Counted from the stretch's first letter, positions 25,349 to 36,250 are shown. The stretch is DNA of 64,000 nucleotides from Paludibacteraceae bacterium (GCA_017446455.1 JAFSQV010000014.1:4688-68687); one strand, 5' to 3'. A program made the numbers and translations. Notes: generated by a model from the sequence alone, not told the origin.

Positions 25349-25530
25349 ACGAGTACGAACATTGGAAAGACCTCGTCAGCGAGGGCAACACGGCCAACCT
25401 CGAGAACATGACGTTCTTGGAGTTCATGGCAAAACTGGACCGGCTCATCGATAAGTATGAGAAGGAGGCGAAAGCCGCAAAGGAACGTGCAGAAAGCATA
25501 AAGAACCACAAGCACTATGCCAGAAAATGA
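25337..25530 (+). other. -1 programmed frameshift site and gpGT-like extension
   Basis: An A6 run (25340-25345) sits directly before TAG. The -1 frame continues KIDEYEHWKDLVSEGNTANLENMTFLEFMAKLDRLIDKYEKEAKAAKERAESIKNHKHYARK for 62 codons, to TGA 25528-25530, overlapping the TMP start. Confidence 0.55.
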
Positions 25531-28500
25531 CATCATCATCAAAATAACCGGCGAGGCGGATTTGGATGCGGCGCAAAAGCAGTTGCAGGAACTGACGAAG
25601 CGGTCGGAGGACTACGAGAAGCAGATCGAGAAGCTCAAAGAAAAAGAGAAGCAGGTATCTGCCAGTCTTCGGCAATCTATCAAGAACCGCAAAGAACTCT
25701 CCGATGTATTAATCGAAACACATCGGCAATACAGCAATCAACGCAAGGCTCTCAAAGATAACATCACAGCCAACAAACAAAGCATCAAGGCGCTGACGGA
25801 TCAAGTCAAGGCATACAAGACCTTACATGGTCAGTCAGGCCGTATGGTCCAGCAGCTCCGCGCCATGCGCGAGGAACTCCAGAGGATGGAGGATGCCGGC
25901 GAGTTTGGATCGCAGGCATTTGTGGACCTCGCCATCGCGGCAGGAAAGCTCGAGGACCAGATCGGCGACACCCAGCAGCGCATCCGCATCCTGGCCAGCG
26001 ACACGAAGAACATGGATGCTTTGATGGGTCTTGGTGATGGACTGGCAGGAACATTCTATATAGCCACATCCGGTGCAGAGTTATTCGGCGAGGATATGGA
26101 GGGTTTGCAGCAGGCATTCTACAAGGTGCAGGCTGCTATGTCTATTCTGTCCGGAACACAGCAAATTTACAACTCTCTCCAAAAGGATAGTGCATTTGCT
26201 GTCGTCTTCGGGAACGGGCTCGAAAAAACAAAACAGAAACTCCTGCAGCGATCTACGGCACTCGAGCGGCTGTATAATATCCAGAAAAAGACAGGAGCAG
26301 CCACCAATAGCGCGCAGGCATTTACAACAGGATTGTGGACTAAGGCGCAATGGAAACTCAATGCAGCAATTGCAGCAAACCCTATAGGCGCAACCATCAT
26401 GGCACTTCTTGCCTTGGGAGCAGCCGTCATGGGGATAATATCCGCATATAACAAGTTCGTTAGCACATCCGGAAAAGCGCAAATGAAACTTGAGGAATTG
26501 CGTGCACAGAATGGCGCGAACGAGGCGAAACGTGCGCACGATCACGAAAGGAGGATACAATCCATTGATAACAAGGAAACGAAAGCGCTCGCTGAAGCAA
26601 AGAAACGCTATGCAAGCGAGGTGGAGATGGCAAAAATTAAAGCTAAGAATGCAAAGGAGCGCGCCAAAGAAACAGAGGCGTACACGAAGAAGGAGATTGC
26701 TCTTAACAATCAGGAAGTGGAGCAGTTGAAGATAATCATGGAAGAGTCTCAAAAGGAAGCGGATTCGGCATGGAGATGGTTTGGCCGCAAGAAACGTAAA
26801 CAAAAGGAAGCAGCAGAGGCGCAGCAAAACTACTACGAAGCACTCAGGAAAACGGAGGACCTGGAGCAGCAGAACATCGACACTCAACAAGCCGCAAGCG
26901 ATGCGGAACAGGAGTTAGTAGAGGCGCGTAAAAGCATGACTCTCGAAGCGGAGCAGACCAATATCAACATCATGCGCGATGGAGCTACCAAAGAAATCGC
27001 CTTGATCAACGCGAACTATAGAGAGAAACTTAAGTACATCAAAGGCAACACAAAAGAAGAGATCGCTCTTCGGAAGGCGCTGGAGGACCAGCAGGCTAAA
27101 GAGATAAGCGAAGTTCGCAAGAAATACTCGCTCCAGGCGCTACAAGTTGAAGTCCAGGAGAAGAAAAACCTGCTGACGGCCATGGCACAAAGCCGAGGTA
27201 CAGAAGCGGACTACGAAAAGGAGCTCGAGTTGACGAAGGAAGTTGCTAAAAAAGAGGCGAAGGCTCGCATCGACTCGCTCGACAAAGTGAATATGTCGAC
27301 CAAGGAGTATGCGGCACAAAAGGCTGCAATCGAATTGGAGTTGGCAGAGACCATCAAGAGAATTGATAATGACGAGGCAACCCGGAAGGCAGAGAACGCC
27401 CGCCGGATTACTGAGATAGAGTTGCGGGAAGCAGAGATACGAAAGAATGCTCTCACGGGAGCGGAAGGAGTGGACGAGCAGAAGGCAATATTGGAAGACT
27501 ACTACGCTACCCGTAAGAAGCAACTCGAAGAGAACGCACGCCTGGAGAAAGAGTCGGTTGAGCGCTCCAAAGACACCGAGGAAGTCAAGACGGCCAAGAT
27601 CAAGGCGATAGATGCGCAGTTGAATGCCGACCTTGTGGAACTCAAGAAAGAGGGATCGCAGGCGATGCTTGATGTGGATAAGCAATACTTGACAGAGTTG
27701 GAGATTGCAGCAGACAAAGCAGCAGATAAGGTCAGCAAGGCGGGCACTACAGGCGACAAGCTGAAGGCTCTAAAAGAGCAGTTCGAGGCAGAAAAAGCAC
27801 TCAACGCAGAGCAGATAAAACAACTTGACGAGGCATGGAACAGCGGTGCTCTGACCGATCATAGCGAGTACCTCAAGGAGCGTTATGAACTTACAAAGGC
27901 CACCGTGGACGCAGAGTTGGAGTACCAGCAGAACGCCATCCAAGCCATCGCGGACGGGTTCGATCAGACGCTGAGTTACATCCAGCAGATCAGCGACATC
28001 GCTTTTGAGGCTCTGAGCAGCAACGTCCAGGCTGAGTTGGATGCATTTGAAAAGATGTACACCACCGACTGGGAAGAGGCCCAGAAAAACGCTGATAAGA
28101 AATACCTGACGGAGAAGGCTTACGAGAAGAAGAAAGCGGCTCTCCAGGAGAAGCAGGCGAAATACGCCAAGGCGCAAGCCATCATCAATGCCGGTATCAA
28201 TACGGCGCTCGCCATCACGAACGCGCTCTCGACATGGCCTGTCTCGCTGGGAATTGCCATGGCGGCCATCGTTGGCGCAATGGGTGCTATCCAGATAGGT
28301 GTCATTGCCAACAAGCCTCTCGCTCAGTACGCGAAAGGCCGTAAGGGCGGCAAAGGCGAATACGCGCTCGTCGGAGAAAAAGGACCGGAGGTTATGTACG
28401 TGCCTGACGGTGCGAGCATTGTCCCTAACAGCCTCATCGCTACTCCGGAAGCATGGCCAAAGTTCGGTGTTCCGGAGCTCCCGCACACCGACAGAGAAAT

Positions 28501-28693
28501 AATGCGCTACGCGGCCGAACAGACTGCGTTTGGAGCGTCCATCGACTATGACCGGATGGGCGCGTCTGTGGCCGAGCATTTGCCCAAACAGCGCAACGTG
28601 ACAGTCAACGTGGATCGCTCGGGCGTGCATATCCTCGACGGCGGCAATAATCGCACATACCTCAACGCTAAATACAACGGATCATGGAGCTGA
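25517..28693 (+). CDS. tail tape measure protein (putative)
   Basis: 1058 aa with long E/K/A/Q coiled coils. Gly/Ala-rich hydrophobic segments (AANPIGATIMALLALGAAVMGIISAY and INAGINTALAITNALSTWPVSLGIAMAAIVGAMGAIQIGVI) are typical of tape measure proteins. Confidence 0.65.
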   Translation: MPENDIIIKITGEADLDAAQKQLQELTKRSEDYEKQIEKLKEKEKQVSASLRQSIKNRKELSDVLIETHRQYSNQRKALKDNITANKQSIKALTDQVKAYKTLHGQSGRMVQQLRAMREELQRMEDAGEFGSQAFVDLAIAAGKLEDQIGDTQQRIRILASDTKNMDALMGLGDGLAGTFYIATSGAELFGEDMEGLQQAFYKVQAAMSILSGTQQIYNSLQKDSAFAVVFGNGLEKTKQKLLQRSTALERLYNIQKKTGAATNSAQAFTTGLWTKAQWKLNAAIAANPIGATIMALLALGAAVMGIISAYNKFVSTSGKAQMKLEELRAQNGANEAKRAHDHERRIQSIDNKETKALAEAKKRYASEVEMAKIKAKNAKERAKETEAYTKKEIALNNQEVEQLKIIMEESQKEADSAWRWFGRKKRKQKEAAEAQQNYYEALRKTEDLEQQNIDTQQAASDAEQELVEARKSMTLEAEQTNINIMRDGATKEIALINANYREKLKYIKGNTKEEIALRKALEDQQAKEISEVRKKYSLQALQVEVQEKKNLLTAMAQSRGTEADYEKELELTKEVAKKEAKARIDSLDKVNMSTKEYAAQKAAIELELAETIKRIDNDEATRKAENARRITEIELREAEIRKNALTGAEGVDEQKAILEDYYATRKKQLEENARLEKESVERSKDTEEVKTAKIKAIDAQLNADLVELKKEGSQAMLDVDKQYLTELEIAADKAADKVSKAGTTGDKLKALKEQFEAEKALNAEQIKQLDEAWNSGALTDHSEYLKERYELTKATVDAELEYQQNAIQAIADGFDQTLSYIQQISDIAFEALSSNVQAELDAFEKMYTTDWEEAQKNADKKYLTEKAYEKKKAALQEKQAKYAKAQAIINAGINTALAITNALSTWPVSLGIAMAAIVGAMGAIQIGVIANKPLAQYAKGRKGGKGEYALVGEKGPEVMYVPDGASIVPNSLIATPEAWPKFGVPELPHTDREIMRYAAEQTAFGASIDYDRMGASVAEHLPKQRNVTVNVDRSGVHILDGGNNRTYLNAKYNGSWS

Positions 28694-31419
28694 CGCATAG
28701 ATTAAATGTTCAATACGAAACATCCGAAATTACAACTCCGGAGGAATATTTCGTAGTGCCTATTTGCAGCTACGCGACTCCAGGCGGAGGAACAGAGTAC
28801 ATTGCGGAAGGCGGACTACCTACTTCCATATTTCCGGAAACTGGCGAAAGCTTGCATGGCTCAGGCGGGATCACGATTCCGAGCGGAAAGACAGCCAGGA
28901 TAGTTATTCCTGTGTCCGGAGTGGTCGTGATGACAACGTACCCACAGCTCGAGAGCTTCACGGTGGAGACAACAAGCGGAACGAAAACCGTGTCTGGAGT
29001 TCCGAATGCTACACTGGCGCTGCTCAACGATGCGCCAAGCAGGACGGTAGAGGTTTCTGGAGGAAACACTATCTGGATCATTTGCAAAGCTGCAGGTGTG
29101 ATTGAAAACCTAAGCGTGGAGATCATATCTCCGCACGAATATGCAGTTATCAACGAGCCTGTGGGGTTCGACGATCTGCAGATGACGATGAAGCGCAATG
29201 ACTACCATGGCATGGGAGCGGAGGTGTCGCTTGGAACGCTGGAGTTCTATGGGCTTGCATACGACTTGATTAAATCTTCCTACGACGACGATATCGACAA
29301 CGAGGTCATTTACTCAGTACTCGACGCGAGCAACAACACTCTCTTTCGTGGTGTCCTCGACCTTTCCACATGCAGTTTTTCTCGCGCGGACTACCAGAGC
29401 GTAAAAGTGAAGGTCGGCGAAGTTGGCCCGAAGACCATCTTCAACAACCGTACAGACAAGGAAATCGACATGGACGATCCGAAGACCATCGACGGCAGCG
29501 CCGTTACAAGTCCAACCTGGAAATCGCTTCACATCCCGATGAAGCACCTGCTGTACACGATCCTCTCGAAGCGCGATGTGGACTCGGAAGAGATATATCA
29601 AAGCGCAGGAGATGGGCAAACCAGCGGATCAAACTATATTTATTTTTACACATGGAAGAATACTTTTAGTGGGAATCCAGCTCCTAACGCTCTCTTCTTG
29701 CCGTTAGGAGAGAACCCGTCCGTAGAGTTCGGAACATTCGCAGAGCAGACACCGCCTTATACAACAAGCGGAGTGATTAACAGCGCTGTGGATGATATAA
29801 GAGTCGTCAATCCGCAATACTACGCAAATGCGGATCACGAAACGAAGTATGGATCAAATACAGAAGCCAATGTTAGAGCGCATCTCGAGTTAGAGATACG
29901 CCACTGGAGATGCTTCTATCAACTTGTCGCAGGAGGAGGCTACGACAGACAATCCGCTAAGTACTCCTACTATGTGAGACTCGTCGGGTACTACGAAAAA
30001 GACGGAAATCATTTTATAAATGGCAATCAGGTATACATATCTGCCGGTGACGGCGAACCTGCAAGGCAGACTATCACTTTAGACTTAGAGAACCAAATAC
30101 CAGCTGATGTTTCATTAAGGTACTATTTGGAGTTCACTCCTGGTTATGTGTATAGGGGCACAAGCGGGGATTATCAGGATGTCCTGCCGCAACAGATAGA
30201 AGCGTGGATCAAAATAAAAGCAGGATCGTATTTCAAAATGACGATGTACGACAACCTGCCCGAAACGAACGTCAACGCGGATATGCTCCTGGTGCATGAT
30301 GCGCTCAACGTGGTGTCGCACGCCATCAGCGAGAACGTGCTGCCTGTCAAGAGCGACTGGTATCGCACGCCGGACAGCCAATGGGAGTCCGGAACGCTCG
30401 GTGGAGGCGCACTCAAAGCAATAACGAACGGGTACAAGATACGTGGCCTTTTTACTGATGGAGTGCTGAAACGAAACATGCCTATGTCCTTTAAGGCGCT
30501 CATCGAGAGCCTTTCGGCATTGGATAACATCGGATGGGGATTCTCCACGGAGAGCGGAACTACCTGCGTGCGCGTTGAGCGCTGGGACTGGTTCTACAAA
30601 GACACCGTAGTCCTGACGCTTGATCACGTGGCAGAGATTACAAAGGATGTGTACATAGACCGCATCCCGACAGAACTCAAGATCGGATATAAGAAATACG
30701 CAACGCAAGAGCAGTACAACTCCATCGAAAGTCCGCACGGTACACGAAACTACATAAATGGCATCAAGGCCGTTAGTAAGGAAATTACAAAGGAGTGTGA
30801 GTTCATCGCGGACAACTACGCCATCGAAGAGACAAGACGCGCCAGAACGCAAAAGAACGCAACGGAAGAAACCACCTACGATGAGAGCATCTTTATCTTT
30901 GAGCTCATCCGGAAAGGACCGTCCTCCGGAACGCGTGTGTACTCCATCGGTCACACGGCTGTGGACGCTGAGAATGTGGGCCGTGCAGAGGAATTTATCA
31001 ACGCGAAGCTAACCCCGTACAACATGGCCAAGCGCTGGCGTGACTACCTTTTTGCTGCGAACAACACAACACCACTCAAGTTTACGACCGGCGAGATTAA
31101 CTACAAGGCAGCGTTTGGAGTGATTCCGGAAACAGACACGGTGAGTGGCGTGGTCACAGATTCACTGCTCCCGTTCGGAGGGACGAGCAAACAAGCTGAG
31201 AACCTGGATGTTGAATACCAGCAGGCGAAGTTCAAAGCAGAGAAACTCACGTTCTCCTACCCGCTGACAATCGCGCAGTACAACGCCATCAAGGCAAACC
31301 CATACGGCCTCGTCCAACTGACGGAAGGCAATACCACCATCGCCCAGGGCTGGATTCTGGACTTCAAATACAAGTTCGAGGACGGCATGGCTGATTTCAC
31401 ACTCATTGCTAAACGATAA
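28684..31419 (+). CDS. tail tip / distal tail-baseplate protein (putative, 911 aa)
   Basis: It overlaps the TMP stop. Size and position fit a Dit/Tal-type protein. No motif recognised. Confidence 0.45.
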   Translation: MELTHRLNVQYETSEITTPEEYFVVPICSYATPGGGTEYIAEGGLPTSIFPETGESLHGSGGITIPSGKTARIVIPVSGVVVMTTYPQLESFTVETTSGTKTVSGVPNATLALLNDAPSRTVEVSGGNTIWIICKAAGVIENLSVEIISPHEYAVINEPVGFDDLQMTMKRNDYHGMGAEVSLGTLEFYGLAYDLIKSSYDDDIDNEVIYSVLDASNNTLFRGVLDLSTCSFSRADYQSVKVKVGEVGPKTIFNNRTDKEIDMDDPKTIDGSAVTSPTWKSLHIPMKHLLYTILSKRDVDSEEIYQSAGDGQTSGSNYIYFYTWKNTFSGNPAPNALFLPLGENPSVEFGTFAEQTPPYTTSGVINSAVDDIRVVNPQYYANADHETKYGSNTEANVRAHLELEIRHWRCFYQLVAGGGYDRQSAKYSYYVRLVGYYEKDGNHFINGNQVYISAGDGEPARQTITLDLENQIPADVSLRYYLEFTPGYVYRGTSGDYQDVLPQQIEAWIKIKAGSYFKMTMYDNLPETNVNADMLLVHDALNVVSHAISENVLPVKSDWYRTPDSQWESGTLGGGALKAITNGYKIRGLFTDGVLKRNMPMSFKALIESLSALDNIGWGFSTESGTTCVRVERWDWFYKDTVVLTLDHVAEITKDVYIDRIPTELKIGYKKYATQEQYNSIESPHGTRNYINGIKAVSKEITKECEFIADNYAIEETRRARTQKNATEETTYDESIFIFELIRKGPSSGTRVYSIGHTAVDAENVGRAEEFINAKLTPYNMAKRWRDYLFAANNTTPLKFTTGEINYKAAFGVIPETDTVSGVVTDSLLPFGGTSKQAENLDVEYQQAKFKAEKLTFSYPLTIAQYNAIKANPYGLVQLTEGNTTIAQGWILDFKYKFEDGMADFTLIAKR

Positions 31420-31424
31420 GAAAA

Positions 31425-32201
31425 ATGCTGGAAAACCAATTTATAAAATGCGCGAGTTCGACTCCGAGCACATGGGGCGCAGCTCCGGTGTTCGTGATCG
31501 TAGGGAGTGCCAGGACCTTGACGCTCAACCACATTAATCTCTTTGTGCCTGGAGACGTGACAAAACTCACCTATTTGCTATCCGGAGTAGTAAACACGTA
31601 TACCGTAGATGTTGCATCGTCCACAAACGACTATAAGATAGTCGGCATCCGAGACGATCTGTGGCATATATGGGACTGGTTTCTCGGAGGCCAGGCGAAA
31701 GTCGTGGTGCAAGCGAAACGCGGAGACGGAACGTACCTCTATAGCAATCCCATCATCCTCTTAAACGAGGCAGTTGATAAGGATAGCGAGAGATTTGCTT
31801 TTGTCAAGTACAGATGCGACGAGGATGCGCTCGGGTTTCCGTTCAGTCAAGAGCCGACAAAGTACGTCAGTATAGATCTCCCCATTCGTTTGCATTCGCC
31901 GCAACTCGTCCAGGATGAGAAAACATACGTGAAAGCAAACGGCGAGGTGGTGACGCTTTATGCTAAGTACTACAAAGAGTGGGATGGAGAGACGGAGTAT
32001 CTGTCAGCCGAAATGCACGATAAGATAGTGGCCGCGCTGTCGTGCGACGAGGTGTATATCAACGGCAAGCGCGTGACCAAATCCGAAAAATACGAAATCG
32101 CCTGGGACGCATACGACCTGGACTGCGACGGAGAAACAAAACTGGCTATGGCAACATTTAAGGTGCGCGAGCACATCACACAACGAAATTCAAATTATTA
32201 A
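31425..32201 (+). CDS. tail-associated protein (258 aa)
   Basis: Call rests on position after the tail tip gene. Confidence 0.4.
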   Translation: MLENQFIKCASSTPSTWGAAPVFVIVGSARTLTLNHINLFVPGDVTKLTYLLSGVVNTYTVDVASSTNDYKIVGIRDDLWHIWDWFLGGQAKVVVQAKRGDGTYLYSNPIILLNEAVDKDSERFAFVKYRCDEDALGFPFSQEPTKYVSIDLPIRLHSPQLVQDEKTYVKANGEVVTLYAKYYKEWDGETEYLSAEMHDKIVAALSCDEVYINGKRVTKSEKYEIAWDAYDLDCDGETKLAMATFKVREHITQRNSNY

Positions 32202-32206
32202 GAACT

Positions 32207-34030
32207 ATGCCTATTAACATTTCTGATGTAGCAGCAGTAGCGTCTGCTTTGTCTGGTCGCTATTCCAATAGAGCGGAGTGCGTCGAGCTCGCACGCAAAC
32301 TGCGCGTACACGCCAATGGCGAGCTACCAGGCCATCTGCTGACTGATCGCCGACCCAACGAGCCGGAGGAAATCAAGAAGTACCGAGAGAAAATCTACGT
32401 ACCGAAAACCAAGCAGGCTGTTTCCAAGGTTATCAACTCCCTGGAGAAGATTCGTCGTGCGCAGGACTGGTACATCAAGTACGACAACGAGGCTATTCCC
32501 AAGGTGGTGGCCGAGCAGGAGACGCTGGAGCGTTACTGCGAAGAGAACTACCCTGGCTTCACGAGCATTACCAACTGGGCGTTTTCGGAGCTGCTCAAGC
32601 AGTCGCTGATTGACGCTAACGGCGTGGTGGCTGTTGTGGTGGATGAGACGCCGGCCAACAAAGGTCAGTACTGCAAGCCCGTTGCAAAATTCTTCAACTG
32701 CGACCAGATCGTGGAGTACCGCGATGGCGATTATATCGTGCTCCGCAGCAACGACAAGGTGGAGTACCCGGTCAAGAGCCGCGACGGCATGAAGATCGTG
32801 CGCACAGAGAAAGGCGGTAACGTGATGTACTTACTCACTAAAAACGAATGTATCCGCTACGAGCAGAACGGCACCAATAACTACAAGAACGCCATCACAT
32901 ACACGCACAACATTGGCCAACTTCCAGCATGGAAAGTGGGCGGTTTGTACCATTCGCGCGTAAACAACGACACGATCTACGAGAGCCGTCTGGCTGGCAT
33001 GGTTCCGGACCTGGATGAGGCGGCACGCGAGTACAGCGACCTGCAGGCGGAGATCGTGATGCATATCCATTCGGAACGCTACGCGTACACGAACACCGAG
33101 TGTCCGGACTGCAAAGGTCTTGGGCACGTAACAGGCGAAGACGGCAAGACGACCAGATGTCAGAGATGCGGCGGTACCGGGCATATCCTCAACTCTACAC
33201 CATATGGCACGATCCTGGTGGACTCAGCACGTGCTGGCGAAAATCAACTCCCAACTCCACCGATCGGTTATATCCAGAAGCAGACGGATATCGCCAAGTT
33301 GCAGGACGAGCGCATCCGCAACCATATCAAGGATGCGCTGGCGGCCGTGAACATGGAGTTCCTGGCCGAGACACCGATTGACCAGTCCGGAGTGGCCAAG
33401 GCCTACGACGCTAACGAACTGAATAACTTTGTGAACTCCGTGGCCGAGGACCTGGTGCGCAATATCGACAACGTGTACAAGTTCATCAACGAGTACCGTT
33501 ACCGGACGATCGTGCCGGACGAGGAGAAGCGCCGTGCGATGCTGCCGTCTGTCAACGTGCCGACGAAATTCGATATCGCAAACACGACCATCCTCATGCA
33601 GGAGCTCCAGGGAGCACGCCAAGCGGAAGCCAACCCGGAGACAATGCGCGTGCTGGAGACCAACTACGCAAAGATGCAGTTTAATACGGAACCGGAGGTG
33701 GCAGAGCGCCTGCAGACCATCTTTGACATGGATCCGCTGTTTGGCGTCAAAGAGGAAAACAAAATGACGATGCTGCAAAACAACGGCATCACCGAGACGG
33801 CCTACATCATTTCCTGCAACATCCACGCGTTTGTGCGCCAGGCTATCTACGAGCACAAGGACTTCTGTGAGTGGACCTACGACAAGAAAAAGGAACTTCT
33901 GGAGCAGTACGCCGAGGAGGTACGCAAGGACGCAGAGAAGCGTGCGGAGAAAAACGCCCAGCAATGGCTGGATTTCGGCGGCCTTGGCGACGATAAACCC
34001 AAACCGGGTGAACCCATCCAAAGAGCCTAA
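32207..34030 (+). CDS. portal protein (putative) with an inserted CxxCxGxG zinc-finger pair
   Basis: 607 aa, directly upstream of the MuF (SPP1 gp7-like) gene as in SPP1-type head modules. It contains CPDCKGLGH...CQRCGGTGH (33101-33184). Confidence 0.5.
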   Translation: MPINISDVAAVASALSGRYSNRAECVELARKLRVHANGELPGHLLTDRRPNEPEEIKKYREKIYVPKTKQAVSKVINSLEKIRRAQDWYIKYDNEAIPKVVAEQETLERYCEENYPGFTSITNWAFSELLKQSLIDANGVVAVVVDETPANKGQYCKPVAKFFNCDQIVEYRDGDYIVLRSNDKVEYPVKSRDGMKIVRTEKGGNVMYLLTKNECIRYEQNGTNNYKNAITYTHNIGQLPAWKVGGLYHSRVNNDTIYESRLAGMVPDLDEAAREYSDLQAEIVMHIHSERYAYTNTECPDCKGLGHVTGEDGKTTRCQRCGGTGHILNSTPYGTILVDSARAGENQLPTPPIGYIQKQTDIAKLQDERIRNHIKDALAAVNMEFLAETPIDQSGVAKAYDANELNNFVNSVAEDLVRNIDNVYKFINEYRYRTIVPDEEKRRAMLPSVNVPTKFDIANTTILMQELQGARQAEANPETMRVLETNYAKMQFNTEPEVAERLQTIFDMDPLFGVKEENKMTMLQNNGITETAYIISCNIHAFVRQAIYEHKDFCEWTYDKKKELLEQYAEEVRKDAEKRAEKNAQQWLDFGGLGDDKPKPGEPIQRA

Positions 34031-34103
34031 GAAAGACGAACCTACGCAAGAATAGTAACGCGACCATCACGGGACCATCTCCCAAGAACAAGCCAATAAC
34101 ACC

Positions 34104-36245
34104 ATGACCGAACTAAAGGATGTCATAGAGACGCTGGATCAAGCGGCCGATTCGTTTGACGGCATCGCCACCAAGGAGCAGAAGAAAATCTACGACGAGG
34201 TGGTGGTGCTTGCCAAGGACCTGGAAACAGATGTCCATGGCAAAGTCAAGCAGTCCATCGCCAACCTCAAACGGCTGACTCAGATTAAAGCCAAGCTCGC
34301 TGCCCTCTCCAAAGATAAGGAGTGGGTGGCGGGCATTACGCGTTTCGCGCAGTACTTCGGGCACCTACAGAAGATGCAGAACGAGTACTACTCGCAGCAT
34401 TTCACGGAGAGCACACTTGGCATGAATGCGCAAAAGAAAAACCAACTGATGCGCGAGATGGCAGTGCAGAACACCATGGAAGCGCTGATGGGCGACGGAT
34501 TGAAAGCCAACGTGACTGACAAACTCAACGACATCCTGCTGCGGGCGGTTACGTCCGGGGCCAAGTTTGCGGACCTGCAGGACGAGCTGCGCGCACACCT
34601 CATGGGCGAGAATGGCGGCAAGGGAGCCTTTGCACGCTATGCCACCACATACGCCACGACGGCGCTTTCGCAGTTTGCCGGCCAGACCAACAAACTCATG
34701 ACGGACGACCTCGGCCTGGAGTGGTTTATGTACACCGGAAGCAACAAGGAAACAACGCGCGAGTTTTGCGAGCACCTAACCAAGAAGAAGTACATCCACA
34801 AGTCAGAGATACCGACGATCCTCACGGGCAAGATTGACGACTACCAATGCGCCATCTACGAGAAGACAGGTCTGCCATTGGGCATGATCGCCGGCACCAC
34901 GCCGGAGAACTTCCAATGCAACTGCGGCGGTTGGAACTGCCGTCACCAACTCGTGCCGGTGCATGAATCCGCTGTGCCTGCAAACATCCGTGCAAAGTTC
35001 AAGCAGATACGGCCTACAATTGAAAAGCCTATAGGCCAGCAGCCGATTGACCTTTCGCAGTACAGAGAGCAAATCAGCAATATTGAAAAGTATATCGCTG
35101 AACATCCGAAGTCCGCAAAAATAAAAGGATATCTGGATGGTGTAAAGCAACTTGCTAAAGAAGGTAACGAAGACTTATTGAAGTCTGTATTAAAAGCAGC
35201 AAATGCGGATATTAGAAAGTTTGAGGCTTCTGCAAATGTGAAGACCAAAAAGAATGCTGCTATAGAAGAAAGCCATAAAGAATGGACACAATGGACTTCT
35301 CAAAACGAAGCATGGCTCAGTGTAACGAAGTCTAATGCCTCAAAAGCCGGTATTGAAATCGAAGAATTATTAGATAAAACAAAGTCCGCGAAGGAACTCG
35401 ACAAATTAAAGACTACTATCGGAGAGGCAATAAAACAAAGGCAAAATGAATTTGACGATGCCGTTTCGAAGGCATCCGATATCGTTTACGAACTTATACA
35501 AGAAGGAGAATCGGATATCGCCATCGACTTTGAAGATAAGATTCAAAAGTTTAATTGGGATGGAATTAAGAATGATGCAATGCGTCAAAAGCAACTTGCA
35601 GAACTTAATGATATTATTGTCCGTGGAAAAGAAACACTTAAAAAGGTCCGCGAGCCGTTATATAAAAATGTTGTCAAAAGACTCAAAGCAAGAAATATTG
35701 CGTATCACAAAATTAACACTAATGAAAGCGCAATCTCAGAAGAAGAAATTATTAAGAAGGTAGGAATAAACGATCCTGTCGGGTATTGTTCATCACTTGC
35801 TTTTGCCTATGCGGCAAACAAAGCTGGCCTTGATGTTGTGGATTCGCGCGGAGGAAAGAGTGCAGAATTCTTTAGTACCGATGCTCAAATAATGGAAATA
35901 GCACGATCTCTTGGAGGCGAGCAATTGTTCTCAAAGAATGAAGTGGCTGATGCTTATGCAGTACTTGCTAAAGTTCAAGAAGGGCATGAGTATTATTTTG
36001 GATGCGCAAGGCACGCTGCTATCGTTCGCAAAAAAGGTGGCGAATTAGAGTTCCTTGATTTGCAGGAGTTCTATAAAGATGGAAACGGATGGAGAATACT
36101 ATCTCTTAATGAATTAAGAAGAAGGTTTGACGCAAGAAACATCAATCAATTTGCAACCGCAACAGTCCTTGTAGATTTAAACAACATGCGTAATTCACTC
36201 GCGTTTAAGGATATGGTTGGATATATCCATAACCCTAAAAAGTAA
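34104..36245 (+). CDS. MuF / SPP1 gp7-family head morphogenesis protein with a long C-terminal extension ending in a Cys/His domain
   Basis: MuF core ...TREFCEHLTKKKYIHKSEIP...NCGGWNCRHQLVPV (aa ~190-290), then coiled coil. The C-terminal ~180 aa read ...VGYCSSLAFAYAANKAG...GCARHAAIVRKKGGELEFLD. GC content drops from about 35,000 onward. Confidence 0.7.
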   Translation: MTELKDVIETLDQAADSFDGIATKEQKKIYDEVVVLAKDLETDVHGKVKQSIANLKRLTQIKAKLAALSKDKEWVAGITRFAQYFGHLQKMQNEYYSQHFTESTLGMNAQKKNQLMREMAVQNTMEALMGDGLKANVTDKLNDILLRAVTSGAKFADLQDELRAHLMGENGGKGAFARYATTYATTALSQFAGQTNKLMTDDLGLEWFMYTGSNKETTREFCEHLTKKKYIHKSEIPTILTGKIDDYQCAIYEKTGLPLGMIAGTTPENFQCNCGGWNCRHQLVPVHESAVPANIRAKFKQIRPTIEKPIGQQPIDLSQYREQISNIEKYIAEHPKSAKIKGYLDGVKQLAKEGNEDLLKSVLKAANADIRKFEASANVKTKKNAAIEESHKEWTQWTSQNEAWLSVTKSNASKAGIEIEELLDKTKSAKELDKLKTTIGEAIKQRQNEFDDAVSKASDIVYELIQEGESDIAIDFEDKIQKFNWDGIKNDAMRQKQLAELNDIIVRGKETLKKVREPLYKNVVKRLKARNIAYHKINTNESAISEEEIIKKVGINDPVGYCSSLAFAYAANKAGLDVVDSRGGKSAEFFSTDAQIMEIARSLGGEQLFSKNEVADAYAVLAKVQEGHEYYFGCARHAAIVRKKGGELEFLDLQEFYKDGNGWRILSLNELRRRFDARNINQFATATVLVDLNNMRNSLAFKDMVGYIHNPKK

Positions 36246-36250
36246 CTTTA

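Noticed and set aside
26081-28630. Minus-strand ORFs 26081-26890, 27140-27685 and 27770-28630
   Set aside because: These are shadow ORFs opposite the tape-measure coiled coil.
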